From Candidatus Sumerlaeota bacterium (GTDB lineage: Bacteria > Sumerlaeota > Sumerlaeia > Sumerlaeales > Sumerlaeaceae): a stretch of 64,000 nucleotides of DNA. The number at the start of each line of letters is the position of its first letter. The first letter of the stretch is position 1. The notes beneath the pieces are model-generated. The model was not told the DNA's origin. It made no database searches and saw nothing but the letters and a program-made list of their open reading frames with translations. Shown here piece by piece: positions 8,983-18,073 of the stretch. The stretch lies in contig JAAZBM010000007.1 of assembly GCA_012513815.1 (NCBI GenBank), positions 22,153-86,152 of the forward strand, written 5' to 3'. The translations under genes were made by a program, and so were the position numbers.

Positions 8983-11900
8983 TTATTCACGATTTCGGTC
9001 GAAGGGGCGGAACAGCTCCAAGACGGGTTCAAGGGCTATTGCGGAGACCTGCGGGTGTTCGAGCGAGCCAACGGCATGGAACGCCAAAATCCGGCTGAAT
9101 TGTTTGTCTAACTCGTCGGCAACACCGCCAACCACACCACCGGCAATCTTGGCAACTTGATCGAGGCCATACCCGACAAGGGGCACATTGGAGATTCCCG
9201 AATTGTCAATCAGCTCACGCCCATCGCCGACAAGTCCGGCAGCACGTAGCAGAGCGAGCCGGAAGACGACATCCAACGTCCAGTCGATATAGCTGCACGT
9301 ACCCGCGATGCTCATTTGCAGGTTATTCGCGCTCATCTGCACCGGAGGCATATCATAACGTCCAAGTTCACCAATCGGCTTGCCGATGGCGATAATTCCG
9401 TTGCGAATCGCGAATTTGGCGGGTTCCAGTGTGCTGAAGTTCAGATGCTCAAGGTCGAATCCCGCTAACTGCCCGATGCGTCCAAAGACACGGCTGCCGA
9501 GCATACGGAAGTCGCGAACGTTGACGATGCCGCCGCCGGAAACCGATTGCCTGTCCTCGCCGACCCCTTGGAACACGACCTCACCGGCGTCGAGTTCGCC
9601 GGTATATTTGTGTTCGGAGGCGCTGCCGAGGAAGAAGCGGCAAAGGTCACGGGCGTTGGCACGGGAGACCATCGCGGTGTGCTTCCACGAAGTGGGCACA
9701 CGCACGCCATCACTCGCGCGATCATTATCGACATTCATATAAAGACCGTAGTTGATGATGCCCCCATTGACCGGGTGGCACTGAGCGTCCGGCAATATCA
9801 ACTTCCATGAACGCACGTTGCCCGGTTCGGTCGTGTAATCATAAGTCAAATGACCGCTGAATTTGCCAAGATTGACGCCGCGCATCATGGTTTGATTGGC
9901 CGACAGATTGACAATGACAACGCCATGCCGCGTATAGGGGAAATCTCGGCCTTCGGGGATTTTGCCCTCTTCGCGGAAGCGCGTGACTCGTTTGCCCCAT
10001 CCCTCGTTCCACTGGTCAAGCGACGCCGTCCCCGGCACATTCAGGTTCAGTTCTATTGTCGGGAAAGTCCCCGGCCGCAGTATCACATTGCCGTAGAGTT
10101 TTCCGCGATCGCTACCGGGTAACGAGACGTCTAGCGCGGAACCTTGCGGAACGGAGAACCGGCAGAAAAGCTTCGTCGCTAGATTAGCGTATTCCTTATC
10201 CTTGGGCTTTGGTTCGAGCGCCCACAGAATCTTGCCGCGGATATTATTGATTGCGGCGTCATGGGGAATGTTGTTGCCGACCTTGTCCACATGATGTTCC
10301 GGCATTGAATAATGGGTGTAGTCAATGCCATTATCCTCGGGCGTCAGAGTCCCGGACGCTTCGAGGTATCCTTTTTCGCAAGCAGTGCGTAACGCAGGCC
10401 AAAAGTCCACAGTCACCCAGTCTGCCACTCGTGCCAAACCGGCGATTTGTTTCGAGTTTGGGCCGTTGCTACCGGTCAAAGCAGGCAACTGCGACGGAGG
10501 CAGAACGATTTTCCCGTCTAGAGTGACCTGACCGCTGACAGACTGCCATGGGGCGGCAGCAGGCATCGTCCGGAGAATCGAGTCGAGGTCAAGATGCTCG
10601 CCCCCTATTGTCAGTTCGAGTCCTTTTTGCGCGGTTATGGAGCCATCAAATATCAAGTTTGTGTTAGCGGCGGGTTGCACAACAACATCGGATAATCGGA
10701 GTGTATTGTTCGCGAAAATCGCTTTCCCGTTCGCGATATTGACTGTCGACTTGTAGCCGGGGGTGTCCACAGGAATCTTGAAGTTCTTGACATTGAGCGA
10801 CACGGTCGGAACCCACAAACCGACATCGAGAAGGGTTCCGTTGAGTTGTGTATCCAAGACAAATGTGCCCTCGGAGTCACGCACCCATTGGGGGAGTTTC
10901 TTTTTCTGCGTTGCGGGAACGAAACCGGTCACGTCGCCCACTGTGCCGCTGATTGTCGAATCGCTCAAGAATGAGGAATTCAGCCAGTCGCTCTGCGAGG
11001 ATTCGCGCGTGAGGACGCAGCTTGTCCTGAAATCCAGTCCCCCGATTTGTCCGCTGAAGTTGTCCGTCCGGATGACATTGTCGGACATCTGAACAAACAG
11101 ATTGACGTCGGAAACACTGGCAGGCAACTTGGAATGGATGGCGCTGAAGTCGTGAACTTGAATGATTCCATCAAGGTATGAGACTTCGCTTGCGGAGGTC
11201 AAATTGTCGTGGGCAAGGGGCAGTTCGCGTAATGTTCCTTTGCTCACAAGCCGCCCGGTAACCGTTGTTCCGGTTTTGTTTGATTCGCCCAACAGCTCCG
11301 CCATATCGATATTGATATCCCATTGCGCATCAAGAACGCCCGTTTTTTTGCGGAACCAATCCCCACGGGAATTCACGGTGACCGAGGCGGAGCTTTTGTT
11401 GTCCTTCGACACGAAACTCAGATTATCAACGTCGAACAAATCCGGTGCCATACGAACTTTGCCGGAGACATCGTGCAACGTGAAGGGCAACCGCGATGAA
11501 CTAATCGTCACACCGTCAAAGACCATCGTCCCCGTCAGCGAGTCCACGGTCGGCCACGACGCTCCACGCGCGACAAGGTCAGCGACAATCGAGCCATCGT
11601 CGCCGGGCATTTCCAGTGATATCGGAACAAAGCCGACGACCATGTTCTTCCAATCCCCCTGAACCTTGTGCAGATTCAGCCCGACATACCAAGGTTTGCC
11701 TTCCTTGTTTTCGATGGAACCGTTTAACCCGACATTGAGGTTGCGTGAATCAACGCCGAAATCTTTGAGATCGAAGCGCTCGTACTGTCTTTCTGTGTTA
11801 CGGCGTAAGGATAAAACGGCACTCGTATGGACATTGTAGTCGTTGATAGTTCGGTTTTTGCTCAGGTCATGCAGCGTCAGGACGGGGGCCTTTGCGTCGA

Positions 11901-12951
11901 ATGCGATGAGACGATTGCCGCCGTCATCCTCGGGCGCGAAGTTTGCCTGCAAATCCAAAGGAAGTGCCCGTAACTGTTGGTTCGGCGCAAACAACGGATA
12001 GGACAAACAGGCGTTGTCGCTTGTGAGATGCAGGGAGTTCATTTGCCATTCGCGGTTGAATGATGCCGTCACGATGAAAGGTAATTCGAAGGCGCTGTCG
12101 CTATGGGCGAACCCACGCGATGAAATTCCATAAACGGTTTCGTGGCGTGTGATGCCGACTTGCGTGTCCTCGAAACTGAACAACTGATGCTGAGCGCCGG
12201 ACGTCAATTCGATATCGACATTGAGCCCACTCATATCGAGCTGCCGGAGACGCCACCGCGTATTATCATCGGCATTGGCATCTCCCCTGAATTCAGCAAT
12301 ACTATGCTCGCGCCAATCGGAGGTATCCCGCGAGGGATTTAGCAGTGTGAGCGCAACCCACAACTGATTGAGCTTGGGCGGAAGAATAACACCCGAGCTG
12401 CCATACTCGTAACCCAGTTCGATTTTCGATGGATTGCTCACGACAACTTCGGCCGCGAATTCATACTCGGATATCAGTCGCCCGATGTCGAGCGACACAC
12501 CGACGCGGTCGACATGCAGCAGCAAATCATTCTCGTCTGAGGCAGAATCTTCGGGGTAAAAGTTGACATTGTAGAAGGTTACGCCCAAACTCCACGGGCG
12601 AATATTCGCATCGCTGTAAAGAATGCGCAAATGTGTTCTTTTCTCGAGTTGCGTCATGGCCTGTGAGACTATATGGTCAACCGCAACGGGCATACCCATC
12701 ATGACGAATAGAACCAAACAACAGGCGGCAAAGATGCCCCACGATGTCAGGCGCTTAACACGAAAGGACCAGCGACGAGAACGGCGAAACCAGACAGTAC
12801 TCATCTGACCGCTGCTTTTTTCGCTTTCATTCTCGGGAAGAATGTCTTTTTGATTAGGCGAATCGGTCGGCATGTGTTGTCGAGTAAATTTCCCCGCAGT
12901 CCTTTCTGCTATATAATCCACTTTGTCGCTTTCGACGGCAAAGCCAGACAA
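8983..12951 (-). CDS. AsmA/TamB-like large envelope protein with an N-terminal membrane anchor
   Basis: A 1,322-codon ORF with one N-terminal TM (WGIFAACCLVLFVMMGMPVAV) after an Arg-rich stretch, then a long Ser/Thr/Asn/Gly-rich region that is likely beta-rich. The C-terminal end resembles the AsmA family (..LSFHAVGSLEHPQVS..). Start is uncertain: 12951 is TTG, and the alternative ATGs are 12873 (MPTDS) and 12804 (MSTVWFRR). Confidence 0.6.
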   Translation of the reverse strand: MSGFAVESDKVDYIAERTAGKFTRQHMPTDSPNQKDILPENESEKSSGQMSTVWFRRSRRWSFRVKRLTSWGIFAACCLVLFVMMGMPVAVDHIVSQAMTQLEKRTHLRILYSDANIRPWSLGVTFYNVNFYPEDSASDENDLLLHVDRVGVSLDIGRLISEYEFAAEVVVSNPSKIELGYEYGSSGVILPPKLNQLWVALTLLNPSRDTSDWREHSIAEFRGDANADDNTRWRLRQLDMSGLNVDIELTSGAQHQLFSFEDTQVGITRHETVYGISSRGFAHSDSAFELPFIVTASFNREWQMNSLHLTSDNACLSYPLFAPNQQLRALPLDLQANFAPEDDGGNRLIAFDAKAPVLTLHDLSKNRTINDYNVHTSAVLSLRRNTERQYERFDLKDFGVDSRNLNVGLNGSIENKEGKPWYVGLNLHKVQGDWKNMVVGFVPISLEMPGDDGSIVADLVARGASWPTVDSLTGTMVFDGVTISSSRLPFTLHDVSGKVRMAPDLFDVDNLSFVSKDNKSSASVTVNSRGDWFRKKTGVLDAQWDINIDMAELLGESNKTGTTVTGRLVSKGTLRELPLAHDNLTSASEVSYLDGIIQVHDFSAIHSKLPASVSDVNLFVQMSDNVIRTDNFSGQIGGLDFRTSCVLTRESSQSDWLNSSFLSDSTISGTVGDVTGFVPATQKKKLPQWVRDSEGTFVLDTQLNGTLLDVGLWVPTVSLNVKNFKIPVDTPGYKSTVNIANGKAIFANNTLRLSDVVVQPAANTNLIFDGSITAQKGLELTIGGEHLDLDSILRTMPAAAPWQSVSGQVTLDGKIVLPPSQLPALTGSNGPNSKQIAGLARVADWVTVDFWPALRTACEKGYLEASGTLTPEDNGIDYTHYSMPEHHVDKVGNNIPHDAAINNIRGKILWALEPKPKDKEYANLATKLFCRFSVPQGSALDVSLPGSDRGKLYGNVILRPGTFPTIELNLNVPGTASLDQWNEGWGKRVTRFREEGKIPEGRDFPYTRHGVVIVNLSANQTMMRGVNLGKFSGHLTYDYTTEPGNVRSWKLILPDAQCHPVNGGIINYGLYMNVDNDRASDGVRVPTSWKHTAMVSRANARDLCRFFLGSASEHKYTGELDAGEVVFQGVGEDRQSVSGGGIVNVRDFRMLGSRVFGRIGQLAGFDLEHLNFSTLEPAKFAIRNGIIAIGKPIGELGRYDMPPVQMSANNLQMSIAGTCSYIDWTLDVVFRLALLRAAGLVGDGRELIDNSGISNVPLVGYGLDQVAKIAGGVVGGVADELDKQFSRILAFHAVGSLEHPQVSAIALEPVLELFRPFDRNRE

Positions 12952-13058
12952 ACTAAAGATTTTTTGTGCTTAGCATAGCTAAATGCAAAATGTTATTTAG
13001 TACATCATATATAATATAAGCAACACTAATAATCTGTTTAGAAAATTTGGAGTTTCTG

Positions 13059-13475
13059 ATGAGCAAACAATATAAAGTACTGGCAATCGATGATGAAGAA
13101 GATAACAGAATGCTGGTGAGAGCCGCTCTCGAGAGTGACGACTATCTTGTGGAAATAGGCATCAATGGCGAGGATGGTTTGAAAAAGGCAGAAACCTTTA
13201 TGCCCGACCTGATTATTTGCGATATGATGATGCCCGATATTGATGGTTTTGAAGTCCTCAAACGGCTTCGCGCGAAGGATTCGACTTTCGCTATCCCTGT
13301 TATTATGTTGACCGGCATTGATAGCCGCGATAAAGTCCGCCAAGCGTTGGATTCCGGCATCGACTATTATGTCACGAAACCATTTGAGATTGGTGACCTG
13401 CTAGCTAAGGTCGAAACAATTTTGAAGAATTCCCCATCGCCCACTGACGATAACGGAATTCCCGGACTTTTCTAA
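13059..13475 (+). CDS. Stand-alone response regulator receiver (CheY-like)
   Basis: KVLAIDDEEDNRMLV, the phospho-acceptor region PDLIICDMMMPDIDG, PVIMLTG and YVTKPF are all present. No output domain is attached. GGAG lies 6 nt before ATG 13059. Confidence 0.9.
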   Translation: MSKQYKVLAIDDEEDNRMLVRAALESDDYLVEIGINGEDGLKKAETFMPDLIICDMMMPDIDGFEVLKRLRAKDSTFAIPVIMLTGIDSRDKVRQALDSGIDYYVTKPFEIGDLLAKVETILKNSPSPTDDNGIPGLF

Positions 13476-13517
13476 ATCTTTATTTTTACATCTTCGAGTT
13501 AGGAGCTGCGAATTCTT

Positions 13518-14819
13518 ATGCCCATTGAACCAATGGATACCGTTGTTGCTGAGCAACAGAGTAAAGCCGATGCGTTTACGCTCGGAATGTTGCGCCTGTG
13601 GAAGTATCGCTTCTGGATTATTGGCGTGGCGGCATTCGCGACGATAGGCACATATTGCATACTGCGTTTCGCGTTCCCCGAGGAATTCAAGACCACAGCA
13701 CAGGTTTATAGCACACGCTTCAACGCCAGTGATGACGCACGTTATCCGGATGTCGTCGCGCAGATTGCCACATCGGAGTATCTGTTGGACAAGGTGCGTA
13801 TCGCTTATAAAAATAAGTATAATCCGCGGCGCGTTCCGTACATTGAAGATTTTGTCAAGCAGTTCCGGACGAAAACGGAAGTTGTTCAGGACACCGCAGT
13901 CAAGAAGGAATTCTCGCCAATCATTGAGCTGAGTGTACAGAGTACCGGACGCGAGCAGACGCAGTTCATCATGAACACATGGCTTAAGTTGCTCATCGAA
14001 GAACAGGGCAACTACGCAATCGACGAAGCACGGCTGAGACTCAAGGCCGCGCAGGAACATCTGGCAACGGTGGAAAAGGTTGCGTTGGACGCAGAACAAC
14101 GACAGGCGGAAACTGCCGCGCAACTTGTGTGGGCGGAGAAACTTCTGGCGGAGAAAATGAATCAGATGGCGCCGTCGAATCTCGTGCGGGCGCTGTTGCC
14201 GAAGACGCAATCGGTCAATGACTCGGCGGCACAGGCCGGCACAAATCAGATTACGCTGAATGTCGATCACTCTGTCCAGAATAGCACGGGAGACCCGACC
14301 GCGAACGCGTCGCATGGATTGCTGTATCGACTCGACGCCGCGAAAATGGATTTGGCAATTGCGCAATCAACGGGAAATACGGAAGAGATTCAGAAGAATG
14401 AAACGCTGATTCAATTGCTGAACAAGAACGTCGATGAGACGAGTAGTTCGGTCTCGCAATTGCAAAAGCGTGTGGCTGAACTGACGGCGCAAGTCAGCGC
14501 GGCGACCCGAGATGTTGAGGAAGCACGTGGAAGAATGAGAGAGATTCATTTCTTCGCGGACAGAATCGAAGCCATTGCGTCCAGTTACTATTTGGATACG
14601 ACGTCTGAATTGCCGGCGGCCGGTGATATCCGCGTTGTCGCGGGTTCGGTGGTGCCGGATTTGCGCGCGTGGCCCAAGAGAACGCTGATTTCAATTGGTG
14701 TCGGCGTCACCGTCACCATTTTCCATTGTCTCTGGTTGCTCTGCGCTTTGTGGCTGCAGATGGCGGGAACAGCTGTTTCTCGTTGGGAAGAAGACAAGAA
14801 GAAAAAGTTCAATCTGTAA
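13518..14819 (+). CDS. Polysaccharide co-polymerase (Wzz/GumC-like chain-length determinant) family protein
   Basis: The topology is an N-terminal TM (FWIIGVAAFATIGTYCIL), a long coiled-coil-rich periplasmic region, and a C-terminal TM (LISIGVGVTVTIFHCLWLLCALWL). That matches PCP proteins. No C-terminal tyrosine-kinase domain is present. Confidence 0.55.
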   Translation: MPIEPMDTVVAEQQSKADAFTLGMLRLWKYRFWIIGVAAFATIGTYCILRFAFPEEFKTTAQVYSTRFNASDDARYPDVVAQIATSEYLLDKVRIAYKNKYNPRRVPYIEDFVKQFRTKTEVVQDTAVKKEFSPIIELSVQSTGREQTQFIMNTWLKLLIEEQGNYAIDEARLRLKAAQEHLATVEKVALDAEQRQAETAAQLVWAEKLLAEKMNQMAPSNLVRALLPKTQSVNDSAAQAGTNQITLNVDHSVQNSTGDPTANASHGLLYRLDAAKMDLAIAQSTGNTEEIQKNETLIQLLNKNVDETSSSVSQLQKRVAELTAQVSAATRDVEEARGRMREIHFFADRIEAIASSYYLDTTSELPAAGDIRVVAGSVVPDLRAWPKRTLISIGVGVTVTIFHCLWLLCALWLQMAGTAVSRWEEDKKKKFNL

Positions 14820-14875
14820 GTGTTACGTAGGATGGAGCACCGCGCGCATCTATGCGTGGTGACGTGGGGAAATAC

Positions 14876-16144
14876 ATGACAAAAACTGGGAACAATCGAA
14901 CAACAAGAGCGGCCATTTCGTTGCCGTTTATGCTGTTGCTATTGGTGGGTTTGCTGTCAGGATTATGCCTGTGGAGCGTGTTGCATTTTGCGAAAATGTC
15001 GGATGATATCGCGCCGATTGCCATGGATGATGATGACAACAATTCCGTGGAGAACGATGTGGGAGCGACAACGCGCAATAAACTCGTGACGTCTCGCGGA
15101 CCATCGTCGGAGAAAACGACGCGGAGATTGAGCGCGAATGAGGCCGCGAAGAGGTATTACCCCAATGAGTTTGTCGTGCCGGATGCTGACGCCTCAACAA
15201 CATGCGCCGCGTTGTATCGAGAATCGAAGAATGAACTGGCGCAACCCGGAGCCAACATCGCTCAATCCAAACAGTTTGCCGAGCTTGTGCAAGCGCTGAA
15301 GAATGAACATAACATGGAGACGCGTACCGAAATGGAAATGATGATACGCGCGAATATCAAGGATTACATCAAAAAACAACGCACGAATAACGCCAACCCG
15401 TTCGCGGATATCATCGACATGATGAAGGAAGAACAGGACGTGTATATGCGTGACATTTACGCTCAGGCTCTGGCGGAGAACATCACCCCCGAAGAGGTGG
15501 CGGCGCTTTTGACTCAATGGGAAGCGGCGGCGCAATCGAACAACGAAGCCGAGATGGAGAGTATTGGGGCAATCATGGCAAAGTGTTCCGATGCCGGTCA
15601 GCTTGAACATATCACGAAGTTCATCGCGGAGAATCCGTCTGCCTTGCAGTATGTCGGGGCGGGGCCGGATGTCGATGGGTCAGCCCTCGGCGCAGGTGTT
15701 ATTCTGGACACGTTCGAGCATCTCACGCCGAATACGCCCGAGGCTGCCGAGTTTGCCGCGCAGCTTGATAAGTATCATGGCGCGCAGGCGGTCGTCTCGC
15801 TTGATGCCGTACTGAACATGCCACGTGACGAGGAGCAGCGTGTGTTGGCGGCGAATGTGCTGGCGGCAATAGGATCGCCGGATGCCGTATCGTCGCTCGG
15901 CGAGACGCTGTGCATGGCGCAGACGGAAGAGGAAATCGTGACGCTCATGGCGGCGCTGAGTTCGGTGAGTAGCGAGGGCGCAATCGGAACACTGCTGACG
16001 CTGAAAGCATCGGAGAACGCAACGCCGCAACTCATCGAGGCCTGCGACAAGGCACTCTCGCATTTTACGCAGGAACAAATTCAGAAGCATATGCCCTCCA
16101 CGACGACTGATGCCGGCGCAATGACAACCAGTGCCCCTCTCTAA
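14876..16144 (+). CDS. Membrane-anchored hypothetical protein with C-terminal HEAT-like repeats
   Basis: An N-terminal TM is present (AISLPFMLLLLVGLLSGLCLWSVL) and the body is helical and acidic. The C-terminal motifs AANVLAAIGSPDAVSSLGE and SSEGAIGTLLTLK resemble PBS-lyase HEAT repeats. ATG 14876 has GGGGA upstream, and ATG 14852 is an alternative start. Confidence 0.5.
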   Translation: MTKTGNNRTTRAAISLPFMLLLLVGLLSGLCLWSVLHFAKMSDDIAPIAMDDDDNNSVENDVGATTRNKLVTSRGPSSEKTTRRLSANEAAKRYYPNEFVVPDADASTTCAALYRESKNELAQPGANIAQSKQFAELVQALKNEHNMETRTEMEMMIRANIKDYIKKQRTNNANPFADIIDMMKEEQDVYMRDIYAQALAENITPEEVAALLTQWEAAAQSNNEAEMESIGAIMAKCSDAGQLEHITKFIAENPSALQYVGAGPDVDGSALGAGVILDTFEHLTPNTPEAAEFAAQLDKYHGAQAVVSLDAVLNMPRDEEQRVLAANVLAAIGSPDAVSSLGETLCMAQTEEEIVTLMAALSSVSSEGAIGTLLTLKASENATPQLIEACDKALSHFTQEQIQKHMPSTTTDAGAMTTSAPL

Positions 16145-16145
16145 G

Positions 16146-16988
16146 TTATGACTGCGCCAACGGGAACAGCGGATGCCCACTGTCGTCGGGATAGGTGCCT
16201 TCGGGTGGCTCGTCGCCATAGTACACATGGTACAGGAACAATCCCTGCGGGGGTAGTGTAACAGCCTCGACGGGGCGATGATAATCCTCCATCATCAGGG
16301 CAACTTCGGCGGGAGCCATTCGCCCGCGACCGACAGAGACCAGACAACCGGTCATGATGCGTACCATGTTTTGCAGAAAGGATCGCGCCATGTAATCGAC
16401 AGTGATGAGGCCGTCGGGGAAGCGCTGAATCCGCGGGCGGCGCATGGTCAACAGTGTGCGGACCGCCTGACAGTTGATGGAGCGGAAAGCACGAAAATCG
16501 TGGACACCCGCAAGCAAATCGCAGACCTGTTCCATGGCGTCGAAGTCGAGTTTGCCGTAGACATGTGTCAGATACTGACGCCCGGCAGTGGGGCGAATGC
16601 TACGGTTGAGCAGGAAAAACTTGTACCACCGCAGTGTCGCGTTGCAGCGAGCATTGAAGTCGAACGGAACATCATCAACCGAGACGATGGCGATGTCCTC
16701 GGGCAACCGGCGCAATGTCTGGACAAGGATTGCCCGCGTCGGCAAATGACTATTTGTGAAGAAATTGACCACTTGTCCTTTGGCGTGAACTCCGGCATCC
16801 GTGCGGCCCGCAGCGAGCACGCGAACGCTGTGCCCGAGGGCGGTGGCAAGAGCGGTTTCGAGAGTTTCCTGCACGGAAACGCCATTAATCTGGAACTGCC
16901 AACCAACATAATTTGTCCCATCATATTCAATCACCATACGGATATTGCGGGGATGAATGGCGGCATTGTTTGAACTTGTGTCTGTCAT
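16146..16988 (-). CDS. truA: tRNA pseudouridine(38-40) synthase
   Basis: IEYDGTNYVGWQFQ and the catalytic-Asp motif AAGRTDAGVHAKGQV are present. Confidence 0.95.
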   Translation of the reverse strand: MTDTSSNNAAIHPRNIRMVIEYDGTNYVGWQFQINGVSVQETLETALATALGHSVRVLAAGRTDAGVHAKGQVVNFFTNSHLPTRAILVQTLRRLPEDIAIVSVDDVPFDFNARCNATLRWYKFFLLNRSIRPTAGRQYLTHVYGKLDFDAMEQVCDLLAGVHDFRAFRSINCQAVRTLLTMRRPRIQRFPDGLITVDYMARSFLQNMVRIMTGCLVSVGRGRMAPAEVALMMEDYHRPVEAVTLPPQGLFLYHVYYGDEPPEGTYPDDSGHPLFPLAQS

Positions 16989-17047
16989 ATTTCTTTATAA
17001 TAGAATGAACTTCAAAATGTTATATAAATCTACCTAAAGAACAAATA

Positions 17048-17353
17048 ATGAATTTATCAAATACGAATATTGATGCGGAGTTTGACCTCGAGGCGCTCGA
17101 AAAAGAGCTTGACGGGGCCGGTGAGGGCTGGGCTGTTTATTTGCATAATGATGATGACCACGAGATGGTCGAAGTCACAAATCAACTCATGCTGGCGCTT
17201 GATTGCGACTCCACGCAAGCATGGCGTATTATGATGAAGGCGCACACAAATGGTGTCGCGCTTGTGATTATTACCGGCAAATCTGAGGCGGAAAAAATCG
17301 CCGATGTTTTGCGAGAAATTAAACTGAAAGTTGATGTAGAGTCTGTCGCATGA
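17048..17353 (+). CDS. clpS: ATP-dependent Clp protease adaptor ClpS
   Basis: The ClpS core is WAVYLHNDDDHEMVEVTNQLMLAL..STQAWRIMMKAHTNGVALV. Length is 101 aa. Confidence 0.9.
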   Translation: MNLSNTNIDAEFDLEALEKELDGAGEGWAVYLHNDDDHEMVEVTNQLMLALDCDSTQAWRIMMKAHTNGVALVIITGKSEAEKIADVLREIKLKVDVESVA

Positions 17354-17949
17354 AACACTTATTGTTTGCTCCGGCAGCCATTGGCTGCTTTCTTGCCATG
17401 ACGGCGCCTGCCGGTGTTGTGGCCCAGTATTTGTCCCCGGAGGTGGAAACCCAGATGAAGCTCCACAGCTGTCCGGAATACCCTGCGGGGCCTGTCACAG
17501 AGGCCGATGTTGCCGGTCTTATTCCTGATAATATGCCGGGACATGTCATGGTTAAGTGGAAGCTCGAGAGCCAAGAGAATACTTATGGCTTCAACATTTA
17601 TCGCTCGACGACGGGGCCTAATGGCAAGTATATCAAGGTGAACCCGTGGATGATTCCCGGCGATGGAACGACGAACGTTCCCAAGGTTTATTGCTTCAAT
17701 GACACGCCGACGACTCGCGGCATGACGCTGCATTATTATATTGAGGAAGTCACGATGGATGGCACAAGCGCTATTGTTGAGGGAACCATGGGGACGAAGG
17801 TGACGGTGAAGTCTGTTGCTAACGAACGCGCTTGGCTTCTGCGCAAAATCAATGGCGCGGCGGGGAATGCCGTGACGACCGGCACGGCAACGGCGGCCGC
17901 GGATAAGACCACGACGGCCGCGGACGGTGTGAGTTCGGCGACAAAGTAG
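17350..17949 (+). CDS. Secreted hypothetical protein (FN3-like core, Thr/Ala-rich tail)
   Basis: The signal peptide is MKHLLFAPAAIGCFLAMTAPAGVVAQ. The core carries VKWKLESQENTYGFNIYRS. The start overlaps the clpS stop (ATGA at 17350-17353). Confidence 0.6.
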   Translation: MKHLLFAPAAIGCFLAMTAPAGVVAQYLSPEVETQMKLHSCPEYPAGPVTEADVAGLIPDNMPGHVMVKWKLESQENTYGFNIYRSTTGPNGKYIKVNPWMIPGDGTTNVPKVYCFNDTPTTRGMTLHYYIEEVTMDGTSAIVEGTMGTKVTVKSVANERAWLLRKINGAAGNAVTTGTATAAADKTTTAADGVSSATK

Positions 17950-17976
17950 AAGTTTGGTTTTTGGTTAGAAAATGAG

Positions 17977-18015
17977 AATCCGCCTTGCTTTTGGCAGGGC
18001 GGATTTCTTTATTTT
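17977..18015 (+). terminator. Rho-independent terminator (convergent-gene junction)
   Basis: A stem of about 12 bp, AATCCGCCTTGC / GCAGGGCGGATT (17977-18005, with one G-U pair), is followed by TCTTTATTTT. A second GC hairpin GGGGCGG/CCGCCCC at about 18031-18051 lies just after the giant-gene stop on the other strand. Confidence 0.7.
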
Positions 18016-18073
18016 CAGGTGTTTCGGTTGGGGCGGTATTTAGCCGCCCCTTCCGTTTTCTGCGATGGGACTG

